From the NCBI RefSeq assembly GCF_006345805.1, contig NC_043008.1, forward strand, positions 20,770,001 to 20,834,000: a DNA stretch of 64,000 nucleotides. Reading direction: 5' to 3'. This document shows, in pieces, positions 13,000-25,904 of the stretch (position 1 is the stretch's first letter; each line of letters begins with the position of its first letter). This DNA is from Octopus sinensis (Eukaryota). Both the position numbers and the translations under genes were made by a program. The notes beneath the pieces are model-generated. The model did not search any database. It was not told where the DNA came from and worked only from the letters and a program-made list of their open reading frames with translations.

Positions 13000-13800
13000 T
13001 CTCCATAGCCCTCCGCAAAATGTTTAATTTATACCAGCGCTACAGCTGTTGGAAAAACTAGAGATCTGCAGGACCTTGAAAATTTGTCTCTCTCTCCAAA
13101 ACTGGCTGACAAATAACTAAGAAACAGAAATTTTACAATACCAATGTCAGAACCACGAAAGATGTCTTCGGAGTTTGCCCAGCCCTCGAGTTATTCTACC
13201 CTCAAACAGCATCCGATACTTTTAGTCTCTTACTAAAAGAATATCCACTATAACTTTGAAGAATTCATTTTTGCTTCTTCTCCACCACACAGTCAAAATG
13301 TCTCTGTCAGTGGCATCCCCAAGGAAACAGCATGCTTCCACCCCTGCATTGCACTTTGCATCCAAAACAATGTAACTCGAGTAATTAACATAAAAATTCA
13401 CCCGCAAAACGCTTTAGTCTTTCTGCTTTAGATTCACTTTTCTGTCTTTCTGTCTTTTCGACTGCAACTATAATGAATGCTGTTCCTCGGATCTTGCTGT
13501 TATCACGGCACCTCTGCCCACGCGAATACTACTCCCTTATCTCACCTCATCTGATCATTCATTTTGTCTCCAATCTCCAAAACTGTCCCACACAAACGAC
13601 CACGTCCTCCCTCCTCACCAGAATCTTCTCCCTGTTCAACTATTTCTGGCAGATGACAAATTCTGACAGCTCAACCCGAACATTAATAGCATCAATTTCT
13701 CTGTTCTTAAAGAAACTGCGAAGGCCAGGCACATACTTTCAATTTGAACCGATCCTACTTATATTATGAGTCGAAACCTAAACGACGTACGTTTGCCCTT
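13000..13800 (+). mobile_element. Possible ancient LINE remnant
   Basis: C-rich coding-like composition typical of old L2/CR1 fossils; only weak motif similarity (NLQNCPT). Confidence 0.2.
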
Positions 13801-15160
13801 CGTCCTGCCAGGTCAATAAAATTTGGCGCTCTACAATAGACTAATACTGCATTGAATTTAACCTATTATATCTCGCTCCAAACTGCGTGGCATTGTGCCT
13901 CTATTAATATTTCTCAGAGCTTAAAACTACGACTATGGATAAGTTTAATACCTGCTTCTTTGCACGTTCACTAATTTTAATAAATTTCTTTGTGTTTGTG
14001 CATGAGCAATTGTCCTAATTTTAAGCTTAAAATGCAATGATATTTTAAGTCTTTCCCAAGTATGCGAAAGCGGATAACAGACTTGTTTAAGCACAATCGC
14101 CACTCCGCTATAGAAAAGAATTCATTGAAATACATTTCTTTAGCTATACTGGTTTATCTGATCTTTTTTTCCCCTTCTTTTAAAGATTCTTTAATACGTT
14201 TTTCAATTCATTACTTTTATTAACGCCTTGTTCTTCCTCAACTAAAAACTTTTCGTTAGTAAATTTCTTATAAATTCTTTTTTCTTTATATTTATTTGCT
14301 CACGTTTTTGTTCTGCTTTCAATCTTCAATTTCTAAATCACTTTCTTGGTTAAAAATAAAATTAACTCACCAAGTAAAATAACGATAGAACATTCTGCGT
14401 TAAAATATCAAAGAAATTTTTTTTTTGTAAAAAAACCATCTTCTGCAAATGCAAGAAATATAAAGAGAATATTTAAAAGCGTAAGGTAAAAGGAAATTGT
14501 AAATACTATCATATTAGATATAAAATGTATAATATCCTTTCTTTTTTTTAATCATTTATTTTGATTGCAATATATTTTCATTTAAAATAATATTCCATGT
14601 GATATTAATGATGTTACATAAATTATTAGATGTTTCAGTCATTGAATTTTATCTGTGAGAAGAAAAAAAAATATTTATGAGACTGAAGAATTTTGACAGA
14701 AAAGTGCAATAGTGATATTAGAAACCGTTCGTAGAAAAGGATACATTCAAGTAAACAGTAAACAGAGGATCCAAAATCATATGAATATTTCCATTATGTT
14801 AGTATCAAAATGAAACTGAAAAATTAATAGTAGGACGTACGTTTTGAAGTCGTTGAAGATTGATAATATTGATTCAAAAGAAATGGTTAATGGGATTAGC
14901 ATCAACACATAAATATGTTATTGCTGTGTTCTTTCAATCGATTGGAAAAGTTAAAATAAACATCGTTTATATTACTGCAGCAAAAAAAAAAAAATTGATT
15001 ACATTTTATCAATTAAGAACATGGGAAGTCTATCTAAAATTATTCTGTTCTTGTGCTGATTAATTCTTAGTTGTTTCTGACGAAAACAAAAAAAGACTAT
15101 AGTTAGATCCCTTCTAGCCGTGACATCCCAGTATGATTTTATACCCAAATACCCATCAAC

Positions 15161-15470
15161 AGTGGAGGCACATGGCCTAGTGGTTAGAGCAGTGGACTCG
15201 CGGTCGAGGGATTGCGGGTTCGAATCTCAGACCAGGCGATGTGTGTGTTTATGAACGAAAAACCTAAGCTCCACATGGCTCCGGCAGAAAGTAATGGCGA
15301 ACTTCTGCTGACTCTTTCGCCACAACTTTCTCTCATTCTTTCCTCCTGCATCTTGCAGCTTACCTGCGAAGGGCCGGCAACCCGTCCAGGTGGGGAACCT
15401 ATACGCTAAGGAAACCGGGAAACCGGCCCTTATGAGCCAAGCATGGCTCGAGAAGGAATAAAACAAAACC
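15161..15470 (+). mobile_element. SINE family C (tRNA-Arg-like head, TCG anticodon remnant), tail type 2
   Basis: A box tggcctagtgg, B box ggttcgaatct; TSD-like acccatcaaca/acccatcgaca. Confidence 0.9.
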
Positions 15471-15524
15471 CATCGACACCTGCCCCCACACACACAAACA
15501 TACACACATATATATATAAATTTA

Positions 15525-15870
15525 ACAGAATGAGATCAAAATCCAAGGGTGTGAAAGATTTCTGGACATTTATAAAGAGGTCTTACAGCTGTTTCCCGGA
15601 TATTTTATATATCCCTTCATCGGAGACGGTATGAGAAAATGGTTAAGCAATAGTTATTCTAGATAAGATATGAAATAGGGAGTGAAGTGGAGGAATGAAA
15701 ACAGGGATAGTGTATCTACAGTTCCATTATTTAAGCAGAATGGTATGCTTATAATGGTATACACTATCCCTGCATATCTCACGTCTGTTTTCATTCCTGT
15801 TGGTCTCTCACTGTTTTCATATCTGTATTGTACATTACAGATGAAAATATCTGATTCCGAAAATGATTTT
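15525..15870 (-). mobile_element. PLE 3'-end/pseudo-LTR remnant with hammerhead at 15580-15627
   Basis: Minus strand has RPTGMKTD (resembles the PLE endonuclease terminal P-x-G-L-N-x-D), followed downstream by gtct-CCGATGA-ag-ggatat/atatcc-gg-GAAA-cagctg-TA-agac. Confidence 0.5.
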
Positions 15871-15993
15871 GTAAAGTATTTCAGCGGCATCATTACATGA
15901 TCTTACACCACAAACAGTGTACTTCAATTGGCTTGCGTTATATCTGTGTGTGTGCGGCGGGGGTGAGTGAGTGTGTATAAATGCGTAAGTATA

Positions 15994-16881
15994 CAGAATG
16001 CAATGGGTAAATTGTTACCATTTTATATATTTAATTTCGCGTATCTTCATTGTTGTTTTTGATTTTGTCGACAACACAGTATAGTAGGGTCAGTTGTTCA
16101 CCGTCCGTGAGGAAAACAGCACAATGACGCAATTCATTCTGTCAGAAATTTGGAAACGACATACCGTACTACTTGGCATTCGTGCCGGAAGCTCCAATAC
16201 GAACATTTCAGAGTGTTTGGGTGCCAATCTGTGGAAAGTGCAATCTCAGGACATGTACCGAGAGTGATAAACATCAAACATCCAGTCAACATTGTGGTGT
16301 TTGGAGTGGTCATTAGTGATGGTGTCGTTATGCCTCCATTCATCTTCCCACACTGTCTAACACTCAACACGGAGGCCTACATCAAATGCCTGAAGGCGGT
16401 AGTGCTGCCCTGAGTCAAGAGGGTAACTGCTGGAAGACCCTATGTCTGGTAACGAGATTCTGCAGCATGCCACAGATGCAGGAGAACCCAGTTATGGCTG
16501 TCAGACAATTTCTGCAAACACATCACCCCTAAAATCTGGTCACCTAACTCCCCAGACTGCAACCCTCTTGATTGTTATGTGGAGCGCGGTTGAGTGAGAG
16601 ACCAAAATATTTGCTTGCAATACCAAATATGAACTGAAGGCAAAGATTATGACAGCATTCACCAACTTAAGCAAGGAGAAAATCCAGAAGAGTTGCAGGA
16701 ATTCTGAAGTCATCTGCAGGCCGTGATTGACGCCAATGGTGAGTTTATTGAATAAATTTCAGTATTTAGTACTTCAAGTTTTCTTTTACGTAATTTTGGT
16801 AAATGTATCTGTTAGAATTAGATGTCAGTGTTATTGACATTTTTGCGTGATTTAGAAGACAGTTTATCCCATCGCCACCTG
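15994..16881 (+). mobile_element. Internally deleted Tc1/mariner transposon, maT (DD37D) family
   Basis: Imperfect TIRs cagaatgcaatgggtaaattgtt / gacagtttatcccatcgccacctg with flanking TA. The translation KHPVNIVVFG...D-SAACH...WSPNSPDCNPL-D has 37 residues between the aspartates; in-frame stops are present. Confidence 0.85.
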
Positions 16882-16888
16882 TATATGT

Positions 16889-17189
16889 TTGTTCCTTCTC
16901 GAGCAACGCCTGGCTCATAGGCCCGGTTTCCCGGTTTCCTTGGAGTATAGGTTTCCCCCCTGGACGGGACGCCGGTCCGTCGCAGGTGAGCTGCAAGATT
17001 GCAGGAGGAAAGGGTGAGAGAAAGTTGTGGCGAAAGAGTCAGCAGAACTTCGCCATTACCTTCTGCCGGAGCCGCGTGAAGCTTAGGTATTTCGATTATA
17101 AACAAACACATCGCCCGGTCTGAGATTCGAACCCGCGATCCCTCGACCGCGAGTCCACTGCTCTAACCACTAGGTCATGTGCCTCCACA
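16889..17189 (-). mobile_element. SINE family C, tail type 2
   Basis: Closely matches 15161-15470 in inverted orientation; TSD-like acctgtatatgt/acctgtagatgt. Confidence 0.9.
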
Positions 17190-17437
17190 ACCTGTAGATG
17201 TGTGTGTTTGTATGCATGCATGTATATTAATGTATTAAAGCACGCATTTCCATTAAGTGGAAGAGACTGATAATTTTATATAAAGGTATGAGTATAAATT
17301 TTAACCTATTCTTGAACCTGGCATTATTAATAACAAATACACACTTTACATTAATGAATTGACATCAGACTTAGGAACGAATGCATTAGTTTTCTTTTAT
17401 ATGGCCAGCGGAGACAAAATATCTATCTATCTATCTT

Positions 17438-17479
<42 letters not shown>

Positions 17480-17522
17480 GATCTACACACACACACATAT
17501 ATATATATATATACACACACAT

Positions 17523-17593
<71 letters not shown>

Positions 17594-18035
17594 TATACAC
17601 ACACATACACAAACACACACACCACACACACACACACGCACACACATATATATGAGATGCTAATTTTTGAGAATTTGCTTAATATTTTAAAATTTGTAGT
17701 AAGTTTCAAAACTTGAAGAAGTCAGGCAGAAAAATTCAATATTCTAAAAGGATAGACTATCTGAGCAAAAATGCTGGTAATTATGCTGAACAATTCGACG
17801 AGGTTATAAGTCAAAGAATCAGGAAAATATCCACGATTGATTGACATATTCGAAATAGACTTACAGACGAAGTAAAAGAAATATTATATGGCTTATAAGA
17901 AACAATGTACAAATGAACGGATGATGTACTTGTTAACTTATGTCTGAAAAGTAAATATTATGCAAACACAGAAACATGCGCGCGCGACAATTACACACAC
18001 ACAAACACACATTCACCCACATACTCACACACATT

Positions 18036-18067
<32 letters not shown>

Positions 18068-18079
18068 TACACACATATA

Positions 18080-18084
18080 TATAT

Positions 18085-18124
<40 letters not shown>

Positions 18125-18149
18125 CGGATGGATGGATGGATGGATGGAC

Positions 18150-18235
<86 letters not shown>

Positions 18236-18246
18236 ATGAATGGATG

Positions 18247-18326
<80 letters not shown>

Positions 18327-18346
18327 TTGATAGATAGATAGATATT

Positions 18347-18429
<83 letters not shown>

Positions 18430-18440
18430 GGATATAGATA
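18080..18440. repeat. (GATA)n/(GGAT)n array
   Basis: Direct reading. Confidence 0.98.
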
Positions 18441-19272
18441 TAATGTATAAAAAATTTATTTTCTTTCTGAACGAAGCTATCTGTATACGCGTGACTATAT
18501 ACATGTATGCGTGTAAATGCATTGAACATTTGTATCTATATATAAATATAAGTATACCTACATACATATATATGTAGTTTTGCACAATGCAGTGAGAATG
18601 AATTTGAGTCACTGTTAGCATAATTTACTTTAAGATATGGATGAATCGAGTTTAGCTTTAACCTCGCCATTCCTATAAACACAAAGTAGCTATGTGAACC
18701 TCTGTGCACCAGACAACAGGTATACCTAAAATTACGTCTTCGTGGATGCTTGTATGAGCGAGAGTACATGTAATATGCAGCTTGTGCGTGGGCGTTTATA
18801 CATAGATATCCGTTAGCAGTTATCTTTAGTACTATTCTCGCTGTATTATGTGTTCATTTCTCTTTCGCATTTGTTATGTTATTTTTGCTCTTGTATGAAA
18901 ATGAAGATATATTCTTTGTGTTCGTGCTTTTCAGTTTACAAAATGAGAAGATACGTTGCCATTGGCGCAAAATTCGAATTCATGATATCATATTAACTGG
19001 TATTTCTTCTACATCCTTGCAGAAGTAAGGCACTATTCTTATTCACTAAGATTTTTTTTCCGATCAAGCCTATTTATTCAGTAATTCTCCTGTGGCTTAG
19101 GAGTATTTTGACTTCTATTTTTAGTGAAGCAGGTGCTTATGTAGTACCCTAGTATATATAAATATATTTACATACCTTATATATAATTATTAATTTTGCC
19201 TATACGGCTTTTACGATCGAGGTCACTAACTTTATTATGTTTAAGAATAATAATGTTCTCTTTTATATATAT

Positions 19273-19461
19273 AGGCGCAGGAGTGGCTGTGTGGTAAGTA
19301 GCTTGTTTAGCAACCACATGGTTCCGGGTTCAGTCCCACTGCGTGGCACCATGGGCAGGTGTCTTCTACTATAGCCTCAGGCCGACCAAAGCCTTGTGAG
19401 TGGATTTGATAGACGGAAACTGAAAGATGCCTGTCGTATATATGTATATGTATATATATAT

Positions 19462-19506
<45 letters not shown>

Positions 19507-19747
19507 GTGTGTGTGTGTGTGTGTGTGTGTTTGTGTGTCTGTATTTGTCCCTCAACATCGATTGACAACCGATGCTGGTGTGTTTACGTCCCCGTAACTT
19601 AGCGGTTCGGCAAAAGAATCCGATAGAATAAGTACTAGGCTTACAAAGAATAAGTCCTGGGGTCGATCTGCTCGACTAAAGACGGTGCTCCAGCATGGCC
19701 GCAGTCAAATGACTGAAACAAGTAAAAGAGAGAAAGAGAAAGAGAGT
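19273..19747 (+). mobile_element. SINE family A
   Basis: Near-consensus full-length copy. Confidence 0.92.
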
Positions 19748-19825
19748 AATATATATATATATCAAGAAAAGTTTGATAGTGACTTCCAAGTTACGACTTG
19801 TATTATTTCAATAATATTTATATAT

Positions 19826-19869
<44 letters not shown>

Positions 19870-19873
<4 letters not shown>

Positions 19874-20097
19874 GGAGTAAACGCATAAATGTGAAACAAG
19901 GTGGAAAAAAGGGTACTCAAATACCAGTGGTAGAGTAATATGCTTTATTTAAAGCAGCAGAAAATTCAACAAAACCTGTTACTCTGAGTTTCCCGTTGCC
20001 GTTCATTGGACAGTTTTTGCACAAACTGTCCGATGAACGGCAACGGGAACTCAGAGTAACATGTTTTGTTGAATTTTCTGCTGCTTTAAATAAAGTA
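19870..20097. mobile_element. Fold-back PLE pseudo-LTR fragment inside (TA)n, with about 76-bp inverted arms each carrying a hammerhead-like motif
   Basis: Arms 19941-20016 and 20023-20097, loop ttgcac. The motif ctgt-CC(G/A)ATGA-acggcaacgg-GAA(A)-ctcagag-TA-aca(g/t) is present on both strands. Confidence 0.55.
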
Positions 20098-20765
20098 TAT
20101 ATATATATATATTTATATGTATATATATCCTTTATCATTTAAATTACACGGGGAAATCATGCTTTTCGAATTACTGATTTTACGCCCCCTGTTATTCAAA
20201 CCCTTTTATCAGTGATGTAATGTGGCAATATGTAAAACTTACGGTATAGGCTTCTTGAAAATTACGCAACTACACGAATAAAAAATGTAAAGAAACATAG
20301 CCTGGCTTTAAACTGTTGTGTAAAATCGCAAAATGTTTCAGTAAAATCTTATGCTGCTCTCAGGTAGAAACCGCAGATGGGATTAATGTAGGAAAACATA
20401 TATTCAATATTGCAGAATTGATTTCATAATCTTTTATACTCCTAGCATTTTCTCAAGAGATATATTTGCAAAGTAAAATAATAAAGGGTTTTTAAGGGTA
20501 TCTATATGTGTATGTATTTAAAGAATTCTGTTGAGAGATAAATATCATATAGCTTTTTGCTATGCATGTAATAAACAGATTTAGTTTCAGTACTAAAAGG
20601 AGATATTAAGGAGGTTGTTTTACTATAAGAAGCAATTTTTGCTGTCGAAACATAAGACATTGTTTTGTTACTATGTTTGCATTTACAGAAACACAGAAAA
20701 ATGTATGTATATTTGGCGTTTCAAATCGGAAAATAAATATTATGATATATTATCATACAGTTATA

Positions 20766-20823
<58 letters not shown>

Positions 20824-20901
20824 ATTTATATAGTACTTGTATGGATAGTGCTGTGTTTGTGTGTTGATGCATATATGCATATATATGTATATATATATGT
20901 A

Positions 20902-20942
<41 letters not shown>

Positions 20943-21078
20943 TATATATATATATATATATGCATATATGCATCAACATACAAACACAGCCTAATAGTGG
21001 TTTTATCTCTAATTTAATATAATATATATATATATATACATCTATATATATATACATATATATACATCTGTATATACA

Positions 21079-21113
<35 letters not shown>

Positions 21114-21188
21114 GGACGCGCACTTATTTCTTATCTGTAATACATATGTGAATATATGTTGATGTAAATACATACATATATATGTAAG

Positions 21189-21246
<58 letters not shown>

Positions 21247-21416
21247 GTATGCGTATATATTTTTTAAATAAATATATGTATTTGTATGCATGAATGCGCG
21301 TCATAAAACTGTGTGTGCATTCGTATGCACATATATGCGTATGTACGTATGTACATAAGCTTTAGTCAATGTGTGTTTGCGCATAATATTTAATGAAAAG
21401 TAATTTCATTATTCAC

Positions 21417-21538
21417 CGTATTCCTCCAAATGACAATCATTCCATACGACTTTGTTTTAAGTATTTGTTCAACATCTATTGACAATTCAATTACATTTGA
21501 AGACACGGTATTTGTTATCAAAAGGAAAAATGAAATAT
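21417..21538 (-). CDS. Candidate internal exon, product unknown
   Basis: Acceptor tttttgtttcag, donor ACG|gtgaat, and only one open frame: (D)ISFFLLITNTVSSNVIELSIDVEQILKTKSYGMIVIWRNT. No homology recognised; it could be a transposon remnant. Confidence 0.25.
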
Positions 21539-22047
21539 CTGAAACAAAAATACAATAGTCACAAATATAACAATAACCAGATAATGAATTAAAACCCATA
21601 TTTAAATATTTTTCCAGCTAAGTGCTGTTTTGCATTGTGCTTCCTTTCTCGCCATATTTTATTGAATACTTCTTATTTTTGCTCCAGCTATTTTATTCAT
21701 TAGTTTAAAGAACTATATTTTGTATATTTGATCCCAGTACTTTTCATTCACGTATTTTTCATTCTTTCGTAATTTTACAGTTAGTGTTACATTGTCTATT
21801 CGAATGTGCTCTTTCTTTTCTGTTTGTCTTGTTTTCTTTCTTCTGTTCTTCCTGTGTTTGAGTCAGTCATTAGGAAGAAAAGTTTTAAAGCGTTTATTAA
21901 GTTATGTATTGAATTACGACGTAGAATTTTGGCATTTGATAGACGGCTCTAGTAATGTCTTGTATTGTTCTTCTTTTAGTTGCATCGCAGTAGGAGGTTT
22001 TTTGTCTTCTCTTTTTCTTAGTTAAATACTAATGAATTATAAGAGTA

Positions 22048-22417
22048 CTAGCAGTATCACCCGGCGTTGCTCGGGTTTGTAAGGGAAATAACTATAAAAC
22101 ATTTTTAGAGAGTTATAGCCAAAAAATGGAAAAAAAATTAGGTAAATTTTTTTTGAGAGTTAAAAGGTCGAGTTGCGTCCCCTAGACAGTCTGTGGTTTG
22201 TGTTTCTGTTTCTCGACCCCATGTCGAATTTATCGATTTTTTCTGAATTGGGGGAACTTTTCAAAATTTTCGCTGCGTTAATTTTGAATTATGACATTGG
22301 GCTATGTGTGTATAAAGTTTCATCAGAATCGGTTGAAAGCCGTGGTCAGGGTGAGGGTACAACCTAACAGACACACAGACACACACACAGACAAACTGCC
22401 GTTTATATAGAGAGAGA
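22048..22417 (-). mobile_element. Non-autonomous Helitron
   Basis: On the minus strand it starts TC and ends with the hairpin cccgagcaacgccggg then CTAG, inserted between A and T; internal (CA)n-like tract. Confidence 0.75.
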
Positions 22418-22675
22418 TTTCATTTACATTTCGGTGAGCTTGGAATGCAGTGTAAAATGGAGATATTTTCTTCCTTAAACAACGACGACAAATAATTAAT
22501 TACAAGGTCTCCTGTAAGCAGGCATCATTTGACATTAAACTAATATTTAACTAATGTCTCGCCAGGTATATAAATAGTAACTTAATAAACTGGAAAAACT
22601 ATTCAAATAGAACGATAGCGCAAACTGTTGTTGAGGAAATCTAGAATCAATGACATTTTGATTTCTGACTTCAGC

Positions 22676-22902
22676 ATCTTGTTTTTTTCTTTACTACCCA
22701 CAAGGGGCTAAACACGGAGGGGACAAACGGATTAAGTCGATTACATCGACCACAGTGCAAAACTGGTACTTAATTTATTGATCCCGAAAGGATGAAAGGG
22801 AAAGTCGACCTCGGTGGAATTTAAACTCAGAACGTAACGGCAGACGAAATACCGCAAAGCATTTCGCCCGGATTGTGCTAATGTTTCAGCCAGCTCGCCG
22901 CC
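22676..22902 (-). mobile_element. SINE family B with 14-bp TSD
   Basis: tttctgacttcagc at 22662-22675 and 22903-22916. Confidence 0.9.
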
Positions 22903-23229
22903 TTTCTGACTTCAGCTCCTTTGCCATACTGAACGCATTCGGTTCCCATTAACAACCCTTCGCCACTTTTATTTCCTTCTTATAATTTCTACAGCGCAAA
23001 TTTTTCATCCTTTATATCCTTCGGGAGCTGCTGCATAAACGATTGACAAGGTCGACTTCTTTGTCTCTTCTTCATTTAGCCCGTACTGGTTCTCATGATA
23101 ATAGTCTACGTACAATTTCATCTTATCTTCTCCAAGAGTGTCTCACATCAACATTCTTGAAACCATTATCATGATTATTATCAACCTTTTGCATTTACAG
23201 CATATATATTAGTTTCAAATTGTGACACA

Positions 23230-23375
23230 AGACCAGCTACTTCAGTGTGGAAGCTATTTAATTACCTCGGCAACAGTTCTCAGCTGGTACTTACTTTATC
23301 GACCCCGAAAGAATGAACGGTAAAGTCGACCCTAGGGGCATTTGAACTCAGAACGTAAAGACGGTTCTGTCAGCT
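23230..23375 (-). mobile_element. Family B-related SINE fragment
   Basis: Central domain cagctggtacttactttatcgaccccgaaagaatgaacgg. Confidence 0.65.
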
Positions 23376-23449
23376 ACCCGCTTTGTTTAACAATATAAAT
23401 ATATTAAATACTGGATTTTGTGATTGATTTTTCCTTCATTATTTTAACT

Positions 23450-23960
23450 TTCCATTCTGAAGAAAATGCCTTTGACAGAGAACAACTTTCTGAGAATATG
23501 TGCAATTCCAATAAGGATTTTTGAAGTAGTCGCTATCCAATCGTTCCATGTGATGTGATAGTTTTAGCACAGGGATGGGATCTAATGAACCGATACCAGT
23601 TGGTACAACTTTTACCTATGCTTGTAGTGGGTATCCCAATATTCTTGATATCTCTACTTTTAAATCTGCATATTCCGAAATCATTTCTAATTCCATTTCT
23701 AATTTCTGTTTAAATGAAATGCAATATCTATTTTGAGGCATTCGCTCTTTTTTTCTCTTTTGTTTAAACATAAATGGTCAACAGTGTTCCCATATTCTTT
23801 CAGGCTGGATTTGAAAATCCAACGGAACTTCTAGTTTATCAGGTTCATTTAGAGCCATTTTCTCTGTTCTGGATTCCGATATTGTTACTTTGCTGGAGTG
23901 TTGTATCCATATATTTTACAATGCGTCCTATGTCAACGGAGACAGACGAAACGAAGAAAT
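23450..23960 (-). mobile_element. R4/Dong-like non-LTR element, restriction-like endonuclease remnant
   Basis: LDFQIQPEK (resembles WDFxIQTDK), ISEYADLKVEISR (resembles KYxDLxxEI), VKVVPTGIGSL (resembles VxPxxIGALG) and IAHILRK, with stops and frameshifts. Confidence 0.6.
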
Positions 23961-24743
23961 GAATAAAGATAATCTTTTGTTATTTAGTTTGATGTTACTT
24001 CCAATATCTTAATTAGGAGATAAGAAGCAACGGACATGACTTGCTGAGTGATACAGAGAAAAGTAGAAAGAAGTTCTAATGACTCAGATGGAAGTCCTTA
24101 CCCGAACGCATCTGACAGCTGAGACTCTGCTACCAAAACCACATAGAGTATTAACGGTGAGAAATCAGAAGACTCATTACTTCTAAAACCCAAGTCTCGC
24201 CTATTCCATTCTTTTCTTTTTATGTAATAACCCAGCAAGAAATCATTTTGCTCTGCCTCAGAACGAAGATCCTACACGAATAATTGTAAGACCCCGATAA
24301 AAGCATCCAACGGAGAATTGATATTACATTGGTATTACATTAGTATTAATCGGTATTACTTTTGTATTACGATGTTTACGCATATGACATCCTGTTTTTA
24401 TTATTATAACCCAGCCTAGGATCGCAAATTTCCTTTTATACTTGACCCTCGTATGAAGTGCATAACATTTTAGCAGAAGAATAGATTTAATTGGTTGCCT
24501 CTCTTCAAAAAAGCAAGACAATATATACATATAGATATATAATGTAATAATATATATATGTATATATGTATGCATGTATACCTATATATGTATATATATA
24601 TGTATATATATATACATATATATATATACATGTATATATATATATAATATATATATATATACATGTATATTATATATATAGCATATATATATATCCATAT
24701 ATATATATGTATTATATATATCTAATATATATATATATATATT

Positions 24744-24801
<58 letters not shown>

Positions 24802-24923
24802 TGCATATATGGGTACAGGACGTCACAAACCGTAACAACACGAAATACGAAAATAAATGTTTATATGCAAACGACGAGAGAGACAATTGAAAAACAGGAC
24901 AACATAAAGAATGACCCTTCATC

Positions 24924-24967
<44 letters not shown>

Positions 24968-25012
24968 TAAGTATGTTATTTGTAATGTGTATATGTGTAC
25001 TACATAATATAT

Positions 25013-25050
<38 letters not shown>

Positions 25051-25661
25051 GGCGTTGTGGTAAATTTAGAATCTAAAGCATTATTAAATGAAACAAAGGT
25101 TGTAATGAGTATTTTCAATGCACAACAAACGATTATGTACACAACTTCAACCTCATTCACTGACTGGTTGATGTTTACCGAGCGAAGTACCCAGGATGTA
25201 AATACGTTGAACTAGACATTTCGTCTGGCAAATAACATTAAAAAAAACCACAAACGATACTTACCAAAGCATTAGATATAGAACGATAAAATATAATGTA
25301 ATCCCACAAAAAGGAAACTAATTGGTCTAAATGTTTGGATAGGTTTGCATGGAATACGTTTTCGACAGAATACACACACACATGCACAGAAACATCCACC
25401 CACTCACATACATAGATACGCACGCTCACACGCACATTAGTGTATTTTTTATAAGAGTGTGCGGCTTATATACAAAGAAGGGGTAAAGAGAGACGGAATT
25501 CTATTCAGAGGGAACTAGATATATGAGTGTCTCTATGTATATATGTAGGTGCTTTAGTGCGTATGTGTATGTGTGAGCATATAGTATAAGTATACGTTTC
25601 AGCAAATACGTACATATTCATATGGTTATCGTTTTTTACATACATATATACACACATATAT

Positions 25662-25697
<36 letters not shown>

Positions 25698-25712
25698 ATA
25701 TATATATATATA

Positions 25713-25796
<84 letters not shown>

Positions 25797-25804
25797 GTGT
25801 GTGT

Positions 25805-25838
<34 letters not shown>

Positions 25839-25904
25839 GATAGATAGATAGATAGATGATAGATAGATAGATAGATAGATAGATAGACAGACAGATGGAT
25901 TGAT

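Noticed and set aside
15529-15628. Apparent plus-strand exon (NEIKIQGCERFLDIYKEVLQLFPGYFIYPFIGD) with good AG/GT signals
   Set aside because: Its 3' half is the reverse complement of a PLE-type hammerhead, so it is better explained as a pseudo-LTR fragment.
22930-23170. Coding-like segment (minus strand FMQQLPKDIKDEKFAL; plus strand RKFFILYILRELLHKR)
   Set aside because: Interrupted by stops and I cannot assign it to a family; probably a transposon fossil.
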